A DNA stretch of 64,000 bases from a virus: the IMG/VR virus record IMGVR_UViG_3300010384_000001. One strand, given 5' to 3'. The notes below the pieces were generated by a model, which was not told the DNA's origin, searched no databases, and saw nothing but the letters and a program-made list of their open reading frames with translations. A program made the position numbers and the translations under genes. Position 1 is the first letter of the stretch. Each line of letters starts with the position of its first letter. Shown piece by piece: positions 54,876 to 62,683 of this stretch.

Positions 54876-55221
54876 GATACTTGAACGGGGCAAGGAAATC
54901 TTGGGAAGATTTATCGGTTTCGTTGTTGACCACGATGAAGGTATTTTTACAACGTTCTTTATGATGATAGTTGTGGCGGTGGTAGTTGGTTTCTGCGTGG
55001 CGGTCGGTAAGTTTATTGACAGTAATAATGCCAAGCAGCGAGAGCTTTTCCAAATGCGTACTCTTTTGTTCTCGGATTATCAACATCTTCATCATTGCGA
55101 ACGTGCTGGTTTTGCTGGTAGAGATCCTGAACCGTATTACAAGTGCGATACTGGAATCTGGCTTACTGAAGAAATCATTCAGCAACGTCAAACCGAACTA
55201 CTGCAAGAAGCTCGGAAATAA
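54868..55221 (+). CDS. Single-pass membrane protein, Cys-motif paralog B
   Basis: ATG 54868 overlaps the previous stop (ATGAGTAA). The TM is FFMMIVVAVVVGFCVAV and the motif is HHCERAGFAGRDPEPYYKCDTGIWLTEEI. Confidence 0.65.
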   Translation: MSKILERGKEILGRFIGFVVDHDEGIFTTFFMMIVVAVVVGFCVAVGKFIDSNNAKQRELFQMRTLLFSDYQHLHHCERAGFAGRDPEPYYKCDTGIWLTEEIIQQRQTELLQEARK

Positions 55222-55225
55222 ATCA

Positions 55226-55257
55226 AGTAGGTAGGATTAACTCCTACCTACTCTTTT
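55226..55257 (+). terminator. Intrinsic terminator
   Basis: Perfect 11-bp stem AGTAGGTAGGA / TCCTACCTACT with a 5-nt loop, followed by CTTTT. Confidence 0.8.
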
Positions 55258-55281
55258 GTATTATCAATTAAAGGAATTAGC

Positions 55282-56364
55282 ATGTCGTTGGATTGGGATG
55301 ATGAAGGAACGTCGGCAGTAAATGCAGAACAAGTCGATAGTGACGTTGATACTTCTAAACGGGTTAACGCGTCAGACAAACGCATGATTAACGCAACTAC
55401 TGACGTGAACCAACTCGTGCCGTTTAAGTATAAATGGGCTTGGGATCAGTACCTGAAGGCTTGTGAGAATCAATGGATGCCGCAAGAGTACATCATGGAA
55501 CAAGATGTCGCTCAGTGGAATTCTGGGTCACTGTCTGAACAAGAGAAGCAACTGGTGATTCGTAATCTTGGTCTGCTTACGCTTAATGACCGTGCAGGTG
55601 GTTTGGCTATTGGTATCTATCGTCACGTGACTGCTCCAGAAGTGCGTCAGTACTTGCTGCGTCAAGGTATGGAAGAAGCAATTCGTCACCACGTCTATTA
55701 CCACGTGAGTGATGCACTCAAGATTGACGAGCAAGCCGTTTACGACACTTACAATAGTTTCGCTTCAGTTCGTGCTAAGAACGAATTCATTAAACCGTAT
55801 CTGAATCTGTTCCAAGACCCTCAGTTCAAAACCGGCACTCCTGAGAGCGACGCGCAATTCCTTAAGTCGCTTGTCGTATATGCTTGTATCCTGAAGGGTC
55901 TGTTCTCGACAGTTAGCTTTACTCAGATGCTGACGCTGGGTCGTAACGGCAAGATGGTAAAGACTTCGGAACAATACCAACTGATGCTGCGTGATGAACT
56001 GACGCACTTCAAAGCAGCAGCTAACATCGTTAGTACGATCCGTATCGAGAACCCGCATTTGTGGCAACCTATCTTTGCAGATGTGACTGCGTTGATTCGT
56101 AAAGCTGTAGAATTGGAGTTTGCGGTAGCTAAAGAAACACTGCCTGCCGACATACTCGGTATGAACGCTGATATGTTCCTGACCTATCTGCAATCGGTAG
56201 CGAATCAACGCGCTGCTGCTGTCGGTATTGGTGTTCTGTTCCCAGGTGCTAAGAATCCCTTCCCGTGGTTTGCTGAAGCATTTGGTCTGCGTAACGAAGG
56301 TGGTACTGCAGTTGCAGCTAAAGCCGTGGAAGCTAAAACTGGCGGTACTCTCAACTGGGAGTAA
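55282..56364 (+). CDS. nrdB: Ribonucleotide reductase beta (R2)-family protein with non-canonical metal-site residues
   Basis: R2 landmarks are present: LVPFKYKWAWDQYLKACENQWMPQE, APEVRQYLLRQGMEEAI.HH.Y, VSF, YQLMLRDELTH, and a C-terminal tail ...GGTLNWE. The expected His is Arg135 and the expected Glu is Lys205. Confidence 0.75.
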   Translation: MSLDWDDEGTSAVNAEQVDSDVDTSKRVNASDKRMINATTDVNQLVPFKYKWAWDQYLKACENQWMPQEYIMEQDVAQWNSGSLSEQEKQLVIRNLGLLTLNDRAGGLAIGIYRHVTAPEVRQYLLRQGMEEAIRHHVYYHVSDALKIDEQAVYDTYNSFASVRAKNEFIKPYLNLFQDPQFKTGTPESDAQFLKSLVVYACILKGLFSTVSFTQMLTLGRNGKMVKTSEQYQLMLRDELTHFKAAANIVSTIRIENPHLWQPIFADVTALIRKAVELEFAVAKETLPADILGMNADMFLTYLQSVANQRAAAVGIGVLFPGAKNPFPWFAEAFGLRNEGGTAVAAKAVEAKTGGTLNWE

Positions 56365-56367
56365 CAA

Positions 56368-56646
56368 ATGGAATTTGCACAACACGTACCTGGTTTCGTT
56401 GATCAGGATGAAGAAGACCGTGTTAGGATTACGTTTAATTCACTCGATGAATTAATGAATCATCCGTGGATGGTTGAACGTAAAAGCCGAGAAGGTTTCT
56501 TCAAGTATTCAATCTCACGTGGCGATACGCTGATGGCTGAATATAAAGAAGGTCGCGAATGGTGGGTGATTGGTTACTTGTCAGGCGAAGGTATTGACAA
56601 GTTAGATCTACCAGAGTGGCAGCCTGTCGAGAAAGACAAGACATGA
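56368..56646 (+). CDS. Hypothetical protein
   Basis: 92 aa with a GGGAG SD, starting 3 nt after the nrdB-like stop. Confidence 0.65.
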   Translation: MEFAQHVPGFVDQDEEDRVRITFNSLDELMNHPWMVERKSREGFFKYSISRGDTLMAEYKEGREWWVIGYLSGEGIDKLDLPEWQPVEKDKT

Positions 56647-56906
56647 AATCAATCGCTAAAGATATTCTCAAAGTTAGTCTGATTGGTATTGTGGTTTGGC
56701 TAGCTATTAATGTTGACAAACCAAAAGCTGCTGTTATTCCTGCTGTAACTACCGACATGAAAGTTTTTACTTTTAAAGGTTTGGGTACTCGCAATATCCA
56801 AGTTAATACTTGGACCGATGACGGCATTAAGTGCACGACAGCTTCTAGTATTGGTTATGGCGGGACGGAGAATCCAACGGTAGCCATTTCCTGCGTTAAG
56901 CTCTAA
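56643..56906 (+). CDS. Small secreted/membrane-anchored protein
   Basis: ATG 56643 overlaps the previous stop. The N-terminal hydrophobic segment is VSLIGIVVWLAINV, and there are two Cys in the C-terminal part. Confidence 0.6.
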   Translation: MKSIAKDILKVSLIGIVVWLAINVDKPKAAVIPAVTTDMKVFTFKGLGTRNIQVNTWTDDGIKCTTASSIGYGGTENPTVAISCVKL

Positions 56907-56970
56907 GAAGAACACCTCGACTTCTTTGTGAGGTCGAGGATTACCCTATTTCATCCTGAAAGGAATTACC

Positions 56971-57648
56971 ATGAAGAAATTCGCAACTCTGTTTGCTGTT
57001 GTAGCTCTCCTGGCTGGCTGCGATGGTCAACCGCAACAACAAGTTCAATATCAACAACCGGCTCCTGTCGTGGTTCAGCAGCCTGCGCCGACTGTCGTTG
57101 TGCAGCAAGCTGATAATCACAGTGATGCTGGCGCCCTTCTGGCAGGTGCGGCTATTGGCGCAGTTGCCGCTACCGCTCTGAGTGACAATGGTCGTGATCG
57201 TTACTATCAAGCTCCTGCCATTCAATCACAACCGCAACAAGTCACCAAGATTGTTAACAAGACCGTTGTAGTGAATAACAACGTAGTGGCAGCACCTGTG
57301 CAACCGGCCGCGTCCGCTGTAGCTGCAGTTGCTCCGGCTGTTGTTCAACCAGCTGCGCCCAAAGTTACGAGTTTCGCTATTCCTGGTACTTCCAATCCAG
57401 TTCCAGTTGTTAAATCCATGCCTGCTCCTGTAACTCAAGTTGCACTAGCCAAACCGGCAGTACCGGCTCTTACTTACGCTGCTGCTCCGAAAGCATTGCC
57501 TGCTCCCGCTCGAGTAGATCTGAGTAAGCCTGCGCAAGTATCTTACGCTCCGAAACAAACGACGTCGTATGCTGCTCCTAAGTTGAGCTATGGTTCTTCG
57601 TCTTCGTCCTCTAGTAGTGCAATGAAGGTTACCTACCGCGGAAAGTAA
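56971..57648 (+). CDS. Lipoprotein, Pro/Ala/Val/Gln-rich with poly-Ser tract
   Basis: MKKFATLFAVVALLAGC carries the lipobox LAGC. The SD is AAAGGAA. There are QQPAPVVVQQPAPTVVVQQ repeats and SSSSSSSS near the C-terminus. Confidence 0.8.
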   Translation: MKKFATLFAVVALLAGCDGQPQQQVQYQQPAPVVVQQPAPTVVVQQADNHSDAGALLAGAAIGAVAATALSDNGRDRYYQAPAIQSQPQQVTKIVNKTVVVNNNVVAAPVQPAASAVAAVAPAVVQPAAPKVTSFAIPGTSNPVPVVKSMPAPVTQVALAKPAVPALTYAAAPKALPAPARVDLSKPAQVSYAPKQTTSYAAPKLSYGSSSSSSSSAMKVTYRGK

Positions 57649-57649
57649 T

Positions 57650-58120
57650 ATGTCGACTTCGCCGTTTGATTTACCGCAAATCGTACTTCCTAAAGTTAAG
57701 CTGCAGGAAGTACTTCAAGTCTTACGTGAACGTCTTAATAAGAGTTACATGCCATCTGCCACGGGAGAAGTGAAATACAATAGTAAGCCTTACTACTATA
57801 CTGACTCCCTTTACGGTAGTGGTGATTATCACGCTAATGCTCTTACTGACTTTCCTAGTTTCCCTAACCCGATATTCTTCAATACGAATTTTGAGATAGC
57901 AGCTTGGGATAGTCATCTTGTTAAAGAGCGTACTCTGTTTGCTTCTATTTGTGACGAGCGTGTTGAACTTCTGATTAATTTGCAGACCTGTGAAACATTA
58001 GTAAGGTCCGTTGGAAATGGAATTAATGGCGGGTCTTGGATGCGATGGTCGGAGGACTCTGAGCAAGAGATTGCTCTTGACTTAGCAGCAATTAAGAAGC
58101 GCGCAGAAGAATCGTTGTAA
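57650..58120 (+). CDS. Hypothetical protein
   Basis: 156-aa ORF, starting 2 nt after the previous stop. Confidence 0.7.
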   Translation: MSTSPFDLPQIVLPKVKLQEVLQVLRERLNKSYMPSATGEVKYNSKPYYYTDSLYGSGDYHANALTDFPSFPNPIFFNTNFEIAAWDSHLVKERTLFASICDERVELLINLQTCETLVRSVGNGINGGSWMRWSEDSEQEIALDLAAIKKRAEESL

Positions 58121-58213
58121 ATAGGAAATTTTTACCTAATAGCAACATCGTTTGAGAAGTAGAGGAATCGTGCACGCCTTCGAATAGGTGCACTTATTTT
58201 TCGGGATACGAAA

Positions 58214-59308
58214 ATGCAAATTGTAACTAGCAGTCAAAACTTTAGTGGTAAAACTTTAGCTGTGGTAATTGCTCGTTTCTCTATGCTGCACAATGAACAT
58301 GTTCGCATGCTCAAAGAAATGGCAAAAGAGAATACCCACTTGCTTATTCTGATTGGATCTGCGAACCGTCGTAAGTCCAACAAGAATCCTTTTGATTTTA
58401 TCGAACGTAAACGTGTGCTCGAACATGTGCTCGCGACTTTCACGAGTAACTATTCGATTGTGCCTCTGTTTGATAATCTTTACAAGGAAGCACGTTGGGA
58501 GTCAGAGGTACAGCGACACGTGTATGAATTTGCAGTACCTAACGGTATTCATGATTCTAACGTAACGCTGTACGGTCAAGATAAAGATCAGACTACTTAC
58601 TATCTCAAGAAGTTCCCGCAATGGAAACGTCGTGATTTGGGTGTTCAGGTTGATATCGACGCTACTCGTCTGCGCGATGAGTGGTTCGCTAACGAGCAAA
58701 AGCTTGGCAACAGTATACTCTTAGATCAACACCTGCCACCGCAGATGAAGATCTTCCTGGAACACCGTGAGTTCGATACGAACGCACAGCGTGATTATCG
58801 CTATTACCTTAGCGAGACAGAGAAGTTCAAAGACTATCCCTACCAGGATACGCTCAGCTTCATTTGTGTGGATGCGATTATTGAGTGTGCTGGACATATC
58901 CTGACTGTGACTCGTGCAAATGAACATGGTCCTGGTTATGGTTGCCGTGCATTACCAGGTGGTTTCAAAGAGAGAAACTTGTCGCTGTTTGATTCAGTGA
59001 TTAAGGAAATCTACGAAGAAACCAATTTGCGTGTATCTGAGAAAACGCTGCGGCTTGCTCTGCGTAAGCAACATGTGTTTGATCACCCAGCGCGCAATAA
59101 CGGTATCCCTCGTGTCACTCATGGTTTCTACTTCAAGTTGGAACCGCGTGATGATCATGGTAATCCGCCTCGTGCTAAAGGTGGCGATGATGCGAAAGCA
59201 ACTTGGCTGCCAAATAACGGCGTGGATTGGATTCCGACTGGCCACATCCTGAGCGCTAAAGAGATTATGTACGACGACCATCCAGATATGGTTGAGTACT
59301 TCGTCTAA
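58214..59308 (+). CDS. natV: Bifunctional NMN adenylyltransferase / Nudix hydrolase
   Basis: The N-terminal LAVVIARFSMLHNEH is an (H/T)xGH-type nucleotidyltransferase motif, as in NadM/NadR. The C-terminal Nudix box is GGFKERNLSLFDSVIKEIYEETNL. The architecture matches Vibrio phage KVP40 NatV. Confidence 0.8.
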   Translation: MQIVTSSQNFSGKTLAVVIARFSMLHNEHVRMLKEMAKENTHLLILIGSANRRKSNKNPFDFIERKRVLEHVLATFTSNYSIVPLFDNLYKEARWESEVQRHVYEFAVPNGIHDSNVTLYGQDKDQTTYYLKKFPQWKRRDLGVQVDIDATRLRDEWFANEQKLGNSILLDQHLPPQMKIFLEHREFDTNAQRDYRYYLSETEKFKDYPYQDTLSFICVDAIIECAGHILTVTRANEHGPGYGCRALPGGFKERNLSLFDSVIKEIYEETNLRVSEKTLRLALRKQHVFDHPARNNGIPRVTHGFYFKLEPRDDHGNPPRAKGGDDAKATWLPNNGVDWIPTGHILSAKEIMYDDHPDMVEYFV

Positions 59309-59374
59309 TACCACAAACAAGAACGGGCTTACCAGTCCCTCACTGGTGACGTAAATAATTGGGATTCAATTATC

Positions 59375-60844
59375 ATGTTAGAACTTATTAAACCTTTCAA
59401 TATCATCCTCTGGTGTGACACCTACAAGTTCGACCACGTCTATCAGATGCCTAAGAAATCTAAGCGACTGGTATCAGCAGTAGTGCCGCGTAAGAAAACG
59501 TGGTTTACTGATGAAATCGTCGCAATGGGTCAAACCTTTATTTCGCATGTGTTTGCTACGGCGCGACTCGAGCAGTGGATGATTGACGAAGCAGAAGTTG
59601 AAGTCACTGAGCAAGGTTATACTTTCAACCGTGAAGGTTGGGAATACATCCTCCGTGTTTACGGTGGTCGCATTCCCCTTACTTTCTTTGGTGTGGAAGA
59701 AGGTCGTATCGTTAAACCACAAACACCGATTCTTCTTGTTACTCATGAAGACGAACAAGTCAAATGGCTGGTTCCGTATTTTGAGCCAGTGATTCAATCG
59801 ACGGTCTGGTCGATGTCGACGACTGCTTCGATTTGCCGCTATATGCGTAAAGTGGCTGCTAAGTATTTCAAGATGACTGGCGGTAACATGGCCATGCTTG
59901 ATTACTTCGTACACTTCTTTGGTGATCGTGGTGCAGATTCTCCGGACGAAACACCTGTTCTCAAAGGCATGGCGCACGCGGCAATCTTCAAAGGTAGCGA
60001 TTGTGGACGCGCTAATGGGTACATTAAGCGTCTCTACAACACCGGTAAACCTCGCACTAGTTCTGTTGTAGCTACCGAGCACACCACCATGTGCTTGAAT
60101 TCTAATGCTGAAGCAAAAGATGACTTCGGTGCTATGCAGATGGTTATGGAACTTCTGCACCGTGTGGCGGCTCGTGCCAAAGCCGGTATTGGTATTCCTG
60201 TGGCTTCTGCTGTTCCTGATACCTACGATGATGAACGTTTCGTAAGGGAGTTCATTCCGAAGTTCAAGGACGAAATCCTTAACTGCGGTGCTCGCCTTGT
60301 GACTCGTCCTGACTCAGGTGACCCAACTACTAAGCTGGCGCAAGTGTTAGGCTGGCTGGAAGAGACTTTTGGTTCGACTCCGAATGACGCTGGTTATCGT
60401 AATCTGCCGTGGGCCGTTGGCGCGCTGTATGGTGACGGTATCAACGTAGAGTCGTTCGAGTCTGTCATTAAAGGTGCTGTCGATAAAGGCTGGTGCGTTG
60501 ACAATTTCCTGTTGGGTTGCGGTGGCGGTATCGCTAACGATGGTAGCCGCGACTGGTTTAGCTTCAGCATGAAGGTTATTGCTGAGTTCCGTGACGGCGG
60601 CTGGAAACGTGTTCTGAAAGAGCCGAAATCCGATCTTGGTAAGAAATCCTTGTCGGGTCTGGTGCGTTGCCGTGAAGATGAAAACGGTAACCTCGAAGTG
60701 TATGATGCTATTAACGAGAACAGCTTGTATTCGTTCTTTACTCCAGGTCCGGGACACCGCCTGTGGTTGAACGAAGGTCGTCGTGAATGGCGTCAGAAAT
60801 TCGAAGAGGACGTTTGCGTTCGTGCTCTTGAAGGTATTGACTAA
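59375..60844 (+). CDS. nadV: Nicotinamide phosphoribosyltransferase (NAMPT/NadV)
   Basis: 489 aa. The N-terminal ...ILWCDTYKFDH..., FGDRGADS, YGDGIN and GCGGGI segments fit NAMPT-family landmarks, and it is adjacent to the NMNAT gene. Confidence 0.8.
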   Translation: MLELIKPFNIILWCDTYKFDHVYQMPKKSKRLVSAVVPRKKTWFTDEIVAMGQTFISHVFATARLEQWMIDEAEVEVTEQGYTFNREGWEYILRVYGGRIPLTFFGVEEGRIVKPQTPILLVTHEDEQVKWLVPYFEPVIQSTVWSMSTTASICRYMRKVAAKYFKMTGGNMAMLDYFVHFFGDRGADSPDETPVLKGMAHAAIFKGSDCGRANGYIKRLYNTGKPRTSSVVATEHTTMCLNSNAEAKDDFGAMQMVMELLHRVAARAKAGIGIPVASAVPDTYDDERFVREFIPKFKDEILNCGARLVTRPDSGDPTTKLAQVLGWLEETFGSTPNDAGYRNLPWAVGALYGDGINVESFESVIKGAVDKGWCVDNFLLGCGGGIANDGSRDWFSFSMKVIAEFRDGGWKRVLKEPKSDLGKKSLSGLVRCREDENGNLEVYDAINENSLYSFFTPGPGHRLWLNEGRREWRQKFEEDVCVRALEGID

Positions 60845-60859
60845 GCGGTAGTAGTGCAG

Positions 60860-60885
60860 CCCTACCCCAGTTGTAAGGGGTAGGG
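60860..60885 (+). terminator. Stem-loop terminator
   Basis: Perfect 9-bp G/C-rich stem CCCTACCCC / GGGGTAGGG with an 8-nt loop, followed by TATTTAT. Confidence 0.65.
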
Positions 60886-60934
60886 TATTTATGGCGTAAC
60901 AAACCTTTTCCATCTCTAGGATAAAAGAAGAAAC

Positions 60935-61837
60935 ATGATTAATCCTCAACAACTGCGCAATGTGAAACTTGGTATGAAACTGTATATCAAGATCGCTGTC
61001 GTTCTTATCGCTCTGATGTTCCTGTGGAGCTTCCGTCCTATCCGTACTGTTCCTACTGGTTTTGGTGGCGTTGTAACGCGACTGGGTGCCATTGTGCGCT
61101 CTACCTCTGAAGGTCCTGCATGGGTGTGGCCGTGGGAAGAGATGAACCTCTTCAATCTTCGTGCCCAAGAAGCAAAGATCCAAAATGCCGAAGGCGGTAC
61201 AAGCGATACTCAGCCAGTTTTTGTTAGTCTGACGGTCCGCTATGCGATTACTCCAGCTCGTATGGCTGAAGTGTTTGAAAAGTATACGCACAACGGCGAC
61301 CTCAGCTCGAACGTGGACAGCGCTACGCAAGAAGTGTTCCGTTCTGTAACAGCCAATTACACTGCTACTGATTTGATTGCTAAACGTACTGATGTGTCTA
61401 AAGCAGTACGTGCTCTTCTCGACAGTAAACTGAGCGTCTACGGCGCTCACGTCATCAGCATTGATATGACTGGCTTTTCTTATCAGAAAAGCTACATGGA
61501 CGCTATCATTGAGAAAGTCACTCAAGAGCAGAAACGCCAAGCTGCTGACAACAAACTGAAAACTGTCGAATCTGAACAGAAACAGAAAGTGGCGATCGCA
61601 GAAGCGGAAGCTACGGCTGCACAGAAGACGGCTGATGGCCAAGCCTATGCGGTGACGAAAGCTGCGGAAGCGGAAGCTCAAGCAATCCGTGTTAAAGCTC
61701 AAGCGCTCGCGCAGAACAAAGATCTGCTGGAACTGCGTCGCATCGAAGTGGAAGCCATGCGTGCTGAGAAGTGGGATGGTAAACTTCCGCAAACGATGTA
61801 CGGCAGTGCTCCAATTCCTTTCCTGAACGCTAAGTAA
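60935..61837 (+). CDS. SPFH/band-7 (prohibitin-like) membrane protein
   Basis: There is an N-terminal TM IKIAVVLIALMFLWSF. The SPFH core reads VPTGFGGVVTRLGAI...GPAWVWPWEE...TSDTQPVFVSLTVRYAI. An Ala/Glu-rich coiled-coil tail follows. Confidence 0.8.
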   Translation: MINPQQLRNVKLGMKLYIKIAVVLIALMFLWSFRPIRTVPTGFGGVVTRLGAIVRSTSEGPAWVWPWEEMNLFNLRAQEAKIQNAEGGTSDTQPVFVSLTVRYAITPARMAEVFEKYTHNGDLSSNVDSATQEVFRSVTANYTATDLIAKRTDVSKAVRALLDSKLSVYGAHVISIDMTGFSYQKSYMDAIIEKVTQEQKRQAADNKLKTVESEQKQKVAIAEAEATAAQKTADGQAYAVTKAAEAEAQAIRVKAQALAQNKDLLELRRIEVEAMRAEKWDGKLPQTMYGSAPIPFLNAK

Positions 61838-61853
61838 TTCAAGCGTCATAAAG

Positions 61854-61877
61854 CCACTAGCCTTCATTGGCTAGTGG
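61854..61877 (+). terminator. Stem-loop terminator
   Basis: 9-bp stem CCACTAGCC / GGCTAGTGG with a 6-nt loop, preceded by GCGTCATAAAG. Confidence 0.55.
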
Positions 61878-61892
61878 TGTTTAGGATGTATT

Positions 61893-62138
61893 ATGGCTGA
61901 AATTAGAATTAATCATAAATTTTACAAGAAGTTAGAGACGTTAAGTCTTAGCAAACTCGAACATATTCGACAATTAGCTCAAGACCAGGTTACCAATTAC
62001 GAGCCGTTTGTACTTACTGCACCGCCACAACGAAGACTAATAGTGAACGGTAATATGCGCAGAATAAAGGGTTATGTCACTTTGCTTGATGACTTAATCA
62101 AAACAAAGAAAGAAGAAGTACCATTTCCTAAGGATTAA
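61893..62138 (+). CDS. Hypothetical protein
   Basis: 81-aa ORF, tightly packed with the next gene. Confidence 0.6.
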   Translation: MAEIRINHKFYKKLETLSLSKLEHIRQLAQDQVTNYEPFVLTAPPQRRLIVNGNMRRIKGYVTLLDDLIKTKKEEVPFPKD

Positions 62139-62140
62139 AC

Positions 62141-62527
62141 ATGGGCGGTTACGAGCAGTTACTTCTGCATATTTTTGGTGACTATGTTACCCAGACTGAT
62201 AGAATAGCAAAAGATAAAACGAGTAGATGGGATGCAGCTATTCTACATGGTTTCATTTACTCCGGACCATTCATCTTATTCCTCCCTATTTCAGTACTTG
62301 CATGGTTTGTCATGTTTTCGACCCATGTAGTAATTGATCGCTTCAGATTAGCGAAGTATCTGATCTTCGCAAAGAACTGGATTGATGATCGTAACATCAA
62401 GTGGGAAGACTGCAACAAGACAGGTTACTCGAACGATATGCCACCTTGGATGTCGGTATGGTTAATGATTATCTTTGATAACTTCCTTCACCTTGCAATT
62501 AACTACCTGTCGATCAAGTACCTATGA
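62141..62527 (+). CDS. Multi-pass membrane protein (DUF3307-like)
   Basis: 128 aa with a TAAGGA SD. LLLHIFGDYVTQTD is followed by several hydrophobic helices, and the pattern resembles DUF3307 as I remember it. Confidence 0.6.
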   Translation: MGGYEQLLLHIFGDYVTQTDRIAKDKTSRWDAAILHGFIYSGPFILFLPISVLAWFVMFSTHVVIDRFRLAKYLIFAKNWIDDRNIKWEDCNKTGYSNDMPPWMSVWLMIIFDNFLHLAINYLSIKYL

Positions 62528-62679
62528 ACATGCGCAAACGACGCTATAAGCATTATTGGTTACCAGTCCTTAGAGTTAAGCCACCTGTCCCAGCGAGGGT
62601 TACTATTGTTCAATACGGTCTTGGTGTAGATTCATTTGCCGAGAAGGTATTAGCTGAGATTGAATTTAATAAGCGTTAA
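62524..62679 (+). CDS. Small basic protein (51 aa; below the ORF-track cut-off), paralog of the next gene's N-terminus
   Basis: Translated by hand as MNMRKRRYKHYWLPVLRVKPPVPARVTIVQYGLGVDSFAEKVLAEIEFNKR. It has an ATGA overlap with the previous gene. Confidence 0.45.
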   Translation: MNMRKRRYKHYWLPVLRVKPPVPARVTIVQYGLGVDSFAEKVLAEIEFNKR

Positions 62680-62683
62680 ACAC

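Noticed and set aside
55765-56385. 206-aa minus-strand ORF inside the RNR beta gene. Similar antisense ORFs lie in the NAMPT gene (59474-60160), in thyA (51457-51909) and in the fibre genes (41298-41954, 42366-43010, 45145-45783).
   Set aside because: Each is antisense to a gene with a recognisable family signature or strong coding features.
60347-61867. 506-aa minus-strand ORF spanning the NAMPT 3' end, a terminator and the whole SPFH gene.
   Set aside because: It runs antisense to two genes with clear family signatures and crosses an intergenic hairpin. Its composition is typical of antisense reading of codon-biased genes.
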